A stretch of 64,000 bases of DNA from positions 1-64,000 of the forward strand of contig JARQWU010000001.1 of NCBI GenBank assembly GCA_040182905.1, read 5' to 3'. A model generated the notes under the pieces. The model was not told the origin of the DNA. It saw nothing but the letters and a program-made list of their open reading frames with translations, and did not search any database. The translations under genes and the position numbers were made by a program. Numbering within the stretch: the stretch's first letter is position 1; the number at the start of each line of letters is the position of its first letter. The stretch is from Barthelona sp. PAP020. Its lineage: Eukaryota. Of the stretch, positions 42,233 to 51,142 are shown in pieces.

Positions 42233-44446
42233 ATGAAATTTATATGTATTCATATCTTAACAATTACATCTGTTTTGTTATTTATGTCAACATTTTTGAC
42301 CCCACATTCAAATTTAGACAATATTAATGAAAATGATTTAAATATCGTACCGAATACTTATGATCGTGTAATTTTTTTTATTATTGATTCATTAAGATAC
42401 GATGTAATGTTAGGAAATGAAAATGGTGAGTTAAATTTACCAATCATTGATGAATTGAGAATATTTTATGGTAATAGTACTCAAATTGCTCATTTTTTAG
42501 CCAGTTCACCATCAGTGACTGCTTCTAGGATACGAGCTTTTATGACTGGTTCACCCAGTTCTTTTTCAGAATTGATTATGAACTTTACCCCTAAAGTGGT
42601 AAATTCAGACAATCTTTTGCATCAAATTTCGTCTAAAATGCAAAAAGGAACGTTCGTATCGGGTGATGATACTTGGGACTTGATGTTTTCATCTGTAATA
42701 AATCAGTCATTTCCTTGTAACAGTCAAAAAGTATCTGATTTTTATGAGGTTGATGACTGTGCGATTAAACCTTTTCTAGCAGCAATTCATAATGATTCTG
42801 CAAATCTAATGATGACACATCTCCTTGGAATGGATCATGTATCCCATATTTATTCTGCAAAACATGAATTGATTCATGCTAAATTGAATGAATATGACAA
42901 GTATTTGAAAGAAATTGTTGACACCATTCATTCTTGGTCAGATGAAGAGCAAAAGAAAACCTTGCTTATCATTGGTGGAGATCACGGAATGACAGATGAT
43001 GGTAATCATGGTGGAGATTCTTGGCCTGAAATCAATGCAGGTATTTTCTTTTACAGTCCAAAGAGAAACTACAAGAAACAAGTGAGTCATATGTCTCAAG
43101 AAGCACTTGTACCCACAATAGCACCTTTATTAGGTGTTCCTGTACCATTTTCAAATGTTGCAGAGATTGTTCCAGAACTTTTTCCTGATAATTATGATGG
43201 AGAGGCTCTTTTGAAAACAGCAAAATATGTTGAAGATCAAGTGTTTGAATATGTCGATGAATTTTCAAAAGTTCATGTCTTCAATAATGAGGTTGTTAAG
43301 TTGATTTCCAAAAGAACCAACATTCCCGATTTAAATGGAATGAGTGAACGTTTTATTGAAGATTCCTTAACACGGATCAATGAAAAACTAACTCGAATTC
43401 GAATATTGGTAACAAAGGAATTCAGTCCTTTCAATCCATATGTTACAATTGTTGTTGTTGCAATAATGGTGTTTGTAATGGGGTTGTTTTTCTTTGACTT
43501 GAAACGAATTTTCATTGAACTTAAAAGACCATATGTTTTAACCTTTATTAACATTATAATATATTTCAGTTTAGCTTATTACAGTAATTGCTTTGTTGAA
43601 AACACATTTCAAGTTTTAAGAAGTGGGATACTTTTTTTGTTGTTCTTTAATTTCAAAACCATTGATAAAGTGTGCTTTATGGTATTTTTGAACATATGCT
43701 TGTATGACAATAAAAGAGTTTGTGTATTCACCTGTTCATTTGTTCTGTTTTATTTTGTTTTTACTTCAGTAAAAAAGAGAAAATTTTATAAATTTGGAAA
43801 ATTCTTACTTTTGAGCATAATTATTGCACAATGTCGTCAATTGTTTGAAGAAAGACTTGGTTCTTCCTTTTTGAATTACTATTCTCAATTTACTATTGTT
43901 TTAGCCATTGCTGCACCCTTTTTTGGAAATTTTTCTGATTTCTTTGTCATCATTGTTGCTTTAACCAATAAATATTATCAATTTTCTCAAATTATGGGGT
44001 TAATGTTTGTATTCCTGAATTTGCCCCAATATCAAAAAAAACATTCTTTTCCACATATAATTAGAGTTGGATTCTTTTTGAATGGAATGGTTACCCAATT
44101 TGTTTCTCTTAAATATGAAATTGCTTTTTTCGTCAGCGACAGCATTACCATTGTAGGTGTATTGTTGACAATAATTCACACCTTTTCTTTTTCATTTTTG
44201 ATTGGAAGTCTCGATTTTTCAATTGTTTTTAATTTTTTGCAATTTATTGAATTGTGGTCTGGTGTTGGAGTTTTATTTTTAATGAGAAATGATTTGTTGT
44301 ATTGGAAAACGTTAGTTCCAAACGCTTGCTTTTTGATAGTTGAAAATCTGATCCTATGTTTGTTTAGTCTCATTTCATATCTATGGAAAAAATTTGTTTT
44401 CTTTAAAAAAAGGAAATTAGTCAACAAAGAAGAAGCTGATGAATGA
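42233..44446 (+). CDS. GPI ethanolamine-phosphate transferase, PIG-O/PIG-G (GPI13/GPI7) class
   Basis: Signal anchor, IDSLRYD, SPSVTASRIRAFMTG, GDDTW, HLLGMDHVSH, GDHGMTDDGNHGG and a multi-TM C-terminus. Motifs mix PIG-G and PIG-O features. Confidence 0.9.
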   Translation: MKFICIHILTITSVLLFMSTFLTPHSNLDNINENDLNIVPNTYDRVIFFIIDSLRYDVMLGNENGELNLPIIDELRIFYGNSTQIAHFLASSPSVTASRIRAFMTGSPSSFSELIMNFTPKVVNSDNLLHQISSKMQKGTFVSGDDTWDLMFSSVINQSFPCNSQKVSDFYEVDDCAIKPFLAAIHNDSANLMMTHLLGMDHVSHIYSAKHELIHAKLNEYDKYLKEIVDTIHSWSDEEQKKTLLIIGGDHGMTDDGNHGGDSWPEINAGIFFYSPKRNYKKQVSHMSQEALVPTIAPLLGVPVPFSNVAEIVPELFPDNYDGEALLKTAKYVEDQVFEYVDEFSKVHVFNNEVVKLISKRTNIPDLNGMSERFIEDSLTRINEKLTRIRILVTKEFSPFNPYVTIVVVAIMVFVMGLFFFDLKRIFIELKRPYVLTFINIIIYFSLAYYSNCFVENTFQVLRSGILFLLFFNFKTIDKVCFMVFLNICLYDNKRVCVFTCSFVLFYFVFTSVKKRKFYKFGKFLLLSIIIAQCRQLFEERLGSSFLNYYSQFTIVLAIAAPFFGNFSDFFVIIVALTNKYYQFSQIMGLMFVFLNLPQYQKKHSFPHIIRVGFFLNGMVTQFVSLKYEIAFFVSDSITIVGVLLTIIHTFSFSFLIGSLDFSIVFNFLQFIELWSGVGVLFLMRNDLLYWKTLVPNACFLIVENLILCLFSLISYLWKKFVFFKKRKLVNKEEADE

Positions 44447-44794
44447 GAAGTGTCTTCTATAAAGTTAAATTGCCTTATCCTATTGATATTATAGTTTAAA
44501 AATATAAAAACCAACAAACAAAAATTGGTGTATAGTTATGATAGAGGTGTGTATAGATACAATGTACACTTTCTTCTTTTTATTTTAGTCTTTTAGCAAA
44601 TATATAAAAACTTTTCTTTTCCTTTTTTTTTCTTTTGCATGGAATTTTGAATACCCTTTCAAAAAAAAACTTGTGAAACTTACACATGAATAAACACACC
44701 TTTCGAATAATTATGAAAGAAATCAATAAACAAACAGAATGCAAAAAAACAAAAAAAAAACAGAAAGACCATTTATGAATGAAATATTTTGACA

Positions 44795-47700
44795 TTACAT
44801 GAACGATAAATTGCCACCTTCACAATAGAAATTTGCTAGAATTCTACTGGAGACAGTTTTTGATTTTTCAAAACCAAAAACGATTTTCAAATGACAATTT
44901 CCAACAAACAATTTGCTATCCAACATTAACCGTTCATAAATGAACCGATCATTGAATAAAGCTGGTTTTTTCAATAATATCATTTGATTTGAACAATTGA
45001 CCAAATAAAACTCGACAAAAATCACATTGACATTTTCTTTGCTTTGAATGAATTCGAAATGGAAGATGATTTTGTCGAAGTCATATTTATTCATGGTTAG
45101 AGGTACAACTTTCAGTGAAACAACATTATTTGCTGAGATTGGAGTTTTCATCATGTTAAAATCAAAAATATCAACTTGTCCATTCAATAATACAACTTGA
45201 GAATATTTCAACGATTTACAGGTTAAAAAATAACAAAAACTTTTTTCAAAATGGTCAAAATATTCATAATCAGTTAACCAAATTCCTTCAGTACAATTAA
45301 TTTTTTCATTGATTCTACCATTCATTTCAAACTTTTGTAAAACTTTTTCAACTTTTGTTTTTAAAGGTTTGATCCAAAAAATTGAATCTTTTGCAAACTT
45401 TCCTTGAAACTTTTCCAACTTTTTAAAAACAGAATCTTTATTTTCCAAAGGTAATAAATATAACAATCTATACCTTATACCACATATAATTGTATCAATA
45501 ATACAACCAATAGTAAAATCAACATGTGAAGGGATTCTTAAAGAAGAAGTTTTTAAAGGAGAAGCAACACTTATCACAAAACTATTGACAGAAATATTGA
45601 TAAAACTTTCGATCTTTTTAAATTGACAATTTTTTTTTTTTTCATCACCAAAACGAATGTCTTTATGATCAATAATTTCCATTCTAGTACCCAATAAAGT
45701 TCTTACTAATGCATTAAACTGTAAAGTTAAAGGAAAGAGATTCATATAACCATTAGATAATTTTGCCAATAATTTTTCCAAAATAGGCATCAATAAAGAA
45801 GTTGAACATGAAGAAAACAAAGGTTTTTCGTTTAAAGTTGGAATATAAGTGTCTAAAAATATGTAATTAATATCAGATTTTGTATAATATGCTAACAGTA
45901 TGACTCCAGTAGTTTTATGGTATTTTACTACTACAGAGGATAACAAATCAATTAAATTATGATATTGACAAAGTAGAATCATTTGTTTCAAAGGAAAATT
46001 ATCTTCGATCCCAAATGCAATCCATTCATCATCTGAAAATCCAAAATGATTGTCAACAATGCCTTTATTTTGACCAGATATATCAAAAATTGACAAAAAT
46101 TCTAAGTCGTGATAATTGTCCAAATATTTTAAACCCAAAACTTCATCAGGATTAGAAAAATTTTCATCAATGAAAATGGTATTCCTTTGTAACGCTTCAA
46201 CACAATGATTTATGAATAATAACAAATATTTCGAAAGTTTTTTAATATTGTTGGAATGTTTCAAACAATAGAGTTCATGAGAACATATGTTTGGATTTGA
46301 AATATTCTTAAAATCAAGTTGATCTCCAGTTTGTAATTTGTCAAAAAATAAAAACATCTCTTCTTCTAGAACCATGTAATTTCTTTCAATTTCAAATAAA
46401 TTTTCAACTTTTTCAAGCTCAATTGACCTTTGACATACAAATCTTAACGTATTCACTTGTATATGTAACAAAAGAAATCTTGATAATTCTTCATTAAAGG
46501 TAATACTGTTCCTATCAATAATTTTCCTCTTCATCTCATCTAACTTTTCAATTAACTCATGAATGTTCTCATAAATGTCCTCAATAATGATTTGATCATC
46601 AGAATCAGACACAATCTCAATGTTATCTGAAGTGTTAGTTTCTGTTTTCAAAGCACTATGATTGGAACACACGCTAAGATCATCAATTTCTTCTTCTTTT
46701 TCGTCATTAACATTTTTATATTCACTATCGACATCTAAAACGGTTAAATCGGTTTCACAAGCTCTTAATAAACTCTTATCACACGATGTTTTTGTTTCAT
46801 CCTCATATAATAAATCTTCCATTGAATTATCAGGCGTAATCAATTTCATCAGGGAATGTTTAGACTTGAAATCAGGCATTTCTGGACTGATTCGGTCATA
46901 CAATGACAATAGATTTGGGTTCACAGAACAATCTTTTTCAAGTGTATGATCCGAATTCGAAGTGTTGGAGCGATAAGTACTAATACTGAATTTTCGAGCT
47001 TCTGATAACTTAAGAAATTGAACAAAAGACTCCAAACAATTTGCTTTTAGTTCAGGAAAGAATGAAACTATGTCTAAATCAAAATCGACAAAGTATGTGT
47101 CTTTCCAATCTTCAATCCTTTCAACTCTTTCTTCAAAAATATCAGCAAACAATCTAAAAGTCTGTTGATACATTATCAAATAGAATTGGTTCAATTCCAA
47201 ATGCAATTTCTCTATCCTGGCAGATATTTTAGAAATACCTGATTTGATATCTTTTTTTTGCTGTTTCGTAAAAGGCATATTAATATTGTTTTTGCTATTA
47301 AAAGAATTGTGCAACCCAGTTTTGATTTTGGAAGAAGTAGTAGAAATACTCATCGCATTTTCTTCTTCTAAATTATCAACCATCAAAGAAACTTTGGAAC
47401 ACGTTTTATTTTGATGTTGATGATGTGGTAAAGCAGGATCAGGATCATCTAAATTAATGTGATGCAGTGATTCACTTTCGTGTTCAACAATGTGAATAAT
47501 ATCTTTTCCAGCATTGAACCCCAATTTAGTGGAATTAAAAATTTGACGTTCCGATAGAATCATTGGTGTTGATTGGTCTTGATGTGTTATATCCTCTAAC
47601 TGAGATTGTGACTTTTTCTCTTCATCAAATTCAACACCTAAATCCAGTAAATTCAAGTAATTTGTCCCTTCTTTAAGAATCTTTTTTAACTCTTTCTTTT

Positions 47701-50700
47701 GATTGAGTAAATCATGGATCTCTTCCAATATCACATCATCAATACGAAAATCATCAGAAATAACTGTTGGCATTAAATCATCATTAGTATTGAAATTAGA
47801 AAAAGTTGGTGATAAAGGGGACACAGGATACATAGGTGATACAGGTGATATAGGAGACATAGGTGATGACATGGTAGTAGTGGTATTTGTGTTGGTATTG
47901 ATACCACAGTTATGATGAAGAACTCCTGAAAAAGAATTAGAACATGAACTAACAGTTTCAATAGCATTTGAATTATTGAATGAAGTTAAACCAATCAATT
48001 CATTAACTCTTATCTTTTCTAACAGAAAGACCCCTTGATTCAAAACATATGATCTTTCAATTCTGTACGATTTATCAAGATTCCGAATAAATGCAAGAAA
48101 ATAAATCAAGAATGCATGGTGAAAATCTAAATCAAATGTTAAGAGAAGGCATCCCAAAAAATACCCGCAAACAAAAAAAAAAGAATGAAAAAAATTGCAT
48201 AAAAACGTTAATTGTAAGTTTTTATTCATCTTTAAAATCCCAAAAAACAAAGAAAAAACATTAAAAAGTGAAAAAGCCCCTACATTAATACTTTTTCCTT
48301 TTTTGCTTCTTCTCAATTTTGAAAACAGAATGAATTTAAAAATGATGTAAAAAACAAAGATATTAATTGAAAATTTTTTCAGCAAAACTGAAAAATTAAG
48401 CTCATACTTCAAAAGTGCTAAAATAATAACAATAAAAACGAAAGAAATAATAAAAAGAAAAATAAATATGTACATTTGAAACTTTTCATCTAGTAAACGT
48501 TTCCAACGTTTCCAACTTTTTGAATTTTTTTTATTTTTTGAATTTTTCAACACTTTAAAGTTTGTTTCTTTTCTTCTATCAGTTAATAATTTTGAAGATC
48601 TGGAAACAAACATATCAATTTTATCTTCTTCATTTCTATCATCATCAGTTATTTCCTTTTCCTCTTGATCTTCATCATTTTCTATTGTAATCATATCAAA
48701 AGAATTCTCATTACGATTCATTTCCTTTTTTTTTTCTCTATGAGAAAAGAAAATGACATACAGAGGTAAAAAGATATAAAAAGGAAATATCACAATAAAA
48801 ACATCAATTTGTTGATGTTCATAAAAAAAAACGAATGGAACAATCCAACACAATTGACTAAAGAAGATGTAATAAAAAAATTCAAAGGAAAATGAAGAAT
48901 ATACGCTAGAAATAGCTTGAAAAATACTGACTAAGATAAAAAAAAGACTGAAAATCAAAATAAAAGTATTATTAGCAAAAAAACTATATTGTATCTCCTT
49001 ATATCCTTTGAAACACTGCAAACAAAACAAAAATAAAGAGTAAATTGAAGATACATAAGAAAATCCGTTCATTCTACCGACATGATATACAACAATTGCT
49101 GAATAAAGTAAGAACATCAAAGGACACATGATAAAATCCAAAAAGAAATATATAAATGAATTCTTTGATAAATAATCAAAAATGAAAGTATTATCCTCTT
49201 CAATAAAAAAAGCAAAAATAAACATCAAAATTATAAAATAAATGAAACAAAAACAATGAAGAAAAGAAATTTTTTTCCATAATTTCATTGAAATGTTTGT
49301 ATTCAAAACATTTTTATCAATATTATTATTTAATATGGTATCATCAAAATATTTAAAATTTGAATCAAAATTTACAATTTTTCCATATTTTAAAAGATGT
49401 AAAAAAGTAAATAAAATGATGATAATCAAATTAATCAAGCAAATATTCGAAATAATGCTAGTTTCAAAGAATATACTCATAAATAATAATAGTAAACATG
49501 TTATCAATAATATTACATTGATTATCCAAAAATTATGAATTTTTTTCATTAAATCCAAAGGAATTTCATCTTTTTCAACAATTGTTTTCAAATTGTCATC
49601 ATCTAATTGCAAAAAATTTTGTAATTGATTTATTGAATTTGTTTGATGATTATTAGTTAATAAATAACACAATATTTTTAAAAAAGAAGAATTAAAAGGA
49701 ATGGTAAATTTAAACGAAAATTTAATTAAACAAAAAATAAAAACAAAAAGAAAAATTCCAAAGAAATTTTCATCAAACATTTCAAATTTAGTAAATATTA
49801 AGCAAAATACTAAATTGAATGATAAAATAATGAATAATAAAAAACTTATGTTTGAATTTAAATCTTTTGGTAATTTAACAATAACACCATCAGTTCTAAT
49901 ATCATTTTCTTTAAAAAATCTTCGATGTCTATAAAAAAAACCAATTTCTGCTAGTGATGTGGATAATTTTTTTCTTTTTGAAAAATATATCGTTGTAATA
50001 ATCAAAATAATCATAAAACTTGTTAAAATATTTAATGCAAAACATATATCTTTTGTTTTAAAATAAATAACATAATACAAAGCAAATAAATGTCCAGGTA
50101 AACAAAAAACAATTACATTGAATCTTAACAAGGAAGACCAAGGTAAAATATAAGTAAAAAATATTAAAAATATATAAACTACAGTGGATTTGAGAAAATT
50201 ACTAAAAGAAAAAACTTCATATAAAAAAGGTTCTTGAATAAGAAGACTAGCAAACCCAGAATTGGGTGCTAAAACAATTTTTCCAAAAATAAAACTAAAA
50301 AGACTACAACTACTAAAACCTGAAACATATTTTACAAAGATTGAACTAATACGACTAAAAATGTAATCTTTGCTTTCTAAATTACCTAAAGGATCCTTAC
50401 ATATTTCTAAAAATCGTTTAATATCAATAAATGGTTCCAAAAAAACTATGCCACATAAAATGAAATTGAATCCCAACAAGGGCAAAAACATAATAATGTA
50501 ATGAAAGCTCTCAAGCTTGGTGATATCATTCGTTAAATCATGTGATTTATATAATATGCATATGTACAAGATGAAAAAAATAAAATAACTGGAAAAATTG
50601 ACATGTCGATAAATAACCTTATTTTGATCAATAATTTCGCATTCATTTTCATACAACTGATAATATATCGCAGTGAAACGAGTTAACCAGAGGATTAAAA

Positions 50701-50923
50701 ATGTTAGAATTAATAAAATCGTTCGAATTTTCTCTTGAAACATTTCATAATCAAAATATAGATACAATATTAAAGATAATAACAAAAAAAGTAAGCCTAA
50801 AGTGTTTTTAAAATTCCATTTTAATAATTTCTTTCCCTTTTCATTTATAAGTTTGTCATGAATTACAAAATCATTAATTCCAAATAAAAAACTTATAATC
50901 CCAGTAATAATATACAAAATCAT
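44795..50923 (-). CDS. Second large multi-pass membrane calpain-like protein, paralogue of 5678-11743, probably inactive
   Basis: About 20 hydrophobic segments. Calpain CysPc-like FIDENFS, FLDTYIP..NEKPLFS, MPILEKLLAKLSNGYMNL and GIWLTDYEYFDHF. Confidence 0.72.
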   Translation of the reverse strand: MILYIITGIISFLFGINDFVIHDKLINEKGKKLLKWNFKNTLGLLFLLLSLILYLYFDYEMFQEKIRTILLILTFLILWLTRFTAIYYQLYENECEIIDQNKVIYRHVNFSSYFIFFILYICILYKSHDLTNDITKLESFHYIIMFLPLLGFNFILCGIVFLEPFIDIKRFLEICKDPLGNLESKDYIFSRISSIFVKYVSGFSSCSLFSFIFGKIVLAPNSGFASLLIQEPFLYEVFSFSNFLKSTVVYIFLIFFTYILPWSSLLRFNVIVFCLPGHLFALYYVIYFKTKDICFALNILTSFMIILIITTIYFSKRKKLSTSLAEIGFFYRHRRFFKENDIRTDGVIVKLPKDLNSNISFLLFIILSFNLVFCLIFTKFEMFDENFFGIFLFVFIFCLIKFSFKFTIPFNSSFLKILCYLLTNNHQTNSINQLQNFLQLDDDNLKTIVEKDEIPLDLMKKIHNFWIINVILLITCLLLLFMSIFFETSIISNICLINLIIIILFTFLHLLKYGKIVNFDSNFKYFDDTILNNNIDKNVLNTNISMKLWKKISFLHCFCFIYFIILMFIFAFFIEEDNTFIFDYLSKNSFIYFFLDFIMCPLMFLLYSAIVVYHVGRMNGFSYVSSIYSLFLFCLQCFKGYKEIQYSFFANNTFILIFSLFFILVSIFQAISSVYSSFSFEFFYYIFFSQLCWIVPFVFFYEHQQIDVFIVIFPFYIFLPLYVIFFSHREKKKEMNRNENSFDMITIENDEDQEEKEITDDDRNEEDKIDMFVSRSSKLLTDRRKETNFKVLKNSKNKKNSKSWKRWKRLLDEKFQMYIFIFLFIISFVFIVIILALLKYELNFSVLLKKFSINIFVFYIIFKFILFSKLRRSKKGKSINVGAFSLFNVFSLFFGILKMNKNLQLTFLCNFFHSFFFVCGYFLGCLLLTFDLDFHHAFLIYFLAFIRNLDKSYRIERSYVLNQGVFLLEKIRVNELIGLTSFNNSNAIETVSSCSNSFSGVLHHNCGINTNTNTTTTMSSPMSPISPVSPMYPVSPLSPTFSNFNTNDDLMPTVISDDFRIDDVILEEIHDLLNQKKELKKILKEGTNYLNLLDLGVEFDEEKKSQSQLEDITHQDQSTPMILSERQIFNSTKLGFNAGKDIIHIVEHESESLHHINLDDPDPALPHHQHQNKTCSKVSLMVDNLEEENAMSISTTSSKIKTGLHNSFNSKNNINMPFTKQQKKDIKSGISKISARIEKLHLELNQFYLIMYQQTFRLFADIFEERVERIEDWKDTYFVDFDLDIVSFFPELKANCLESFVQFLKLSEARKFSISTYRSNTSNSDHTLEKDCSVNPNLLSLYDRISPEMPDFKSKHSLMKLITPDNSMEDLLYEDETKTSCDKSLLRACETDLTVLDVDSEYKNVNDEKEEEIDDLSVCSNHSALKTETNTSDNIEIVSDSDDQIIIEDIYENIHELIEKLDEMKRKIIDRNSITFNEELSRFLLLHIQVNTLRFVCQRSIELEKVENLFEIERNYMVLEEEMFLFFDKLQTGDQLDFKNISNPNICSHELYCLKHSNNIKKLSKYLLLFINHCVEALQRNTIFIDENFSNPDEVLGLKYLDNYHDLEFLSIFDISGQNKGIVDNHFGFSDDEWIAFGIEDNFPLKQMILLCQYHNLIDLLSSVVVKYHKTTGVILLAYYTKSDINYIFLDTYIPTLNEKPLFSSCSTSLLMPILEKLLAKLSNGYMNLFPLTLQFNALVRTLLGTRMEIIDHKDIRFGDEKKKNCQFKKIESFINISVNSFVISVASPLKTSSLRIPSHVDFTIGCIIDTIICGIRYRLLYLLPLENKDSVFKKLEKFQGKFAKDSIFWIKPLKTKVEKVLQKFEMNGRINEKINCTEGIWLTDYEYFDHFEKSFCYFLTCKSLKYSQVVLLNGQVDIFDFNMMKTPISANNVVSLKVVPLTMNKYDFDKIIFHFEFIQSKENVNVIFVEFYLVNCSNQMILLKKPALFNDRFIYERLMLDSKLFVGNCHLKIVFGFEKSKTVSSRILANFYCEGGNLSFM

Positions 50924-51142
50924 CTCAAATCATTACATTATAAAAATGAAGAAAAAAAAAATCCTTTACAAAGAAAAAAAATGAAAATTATCTTTCTTTC
51001 TTTCTTGAGTAGTTGAAATATTTTCACGCATGTTTTCTAAATTGTTATTAGAATCTGTTTTTGAAAAAGAAAAAGACATAAATCTGCTTTGAATTTTTTC
51101 CCCGACATCTAAAAATAACAAACTTATCATTTACAAAATCAT

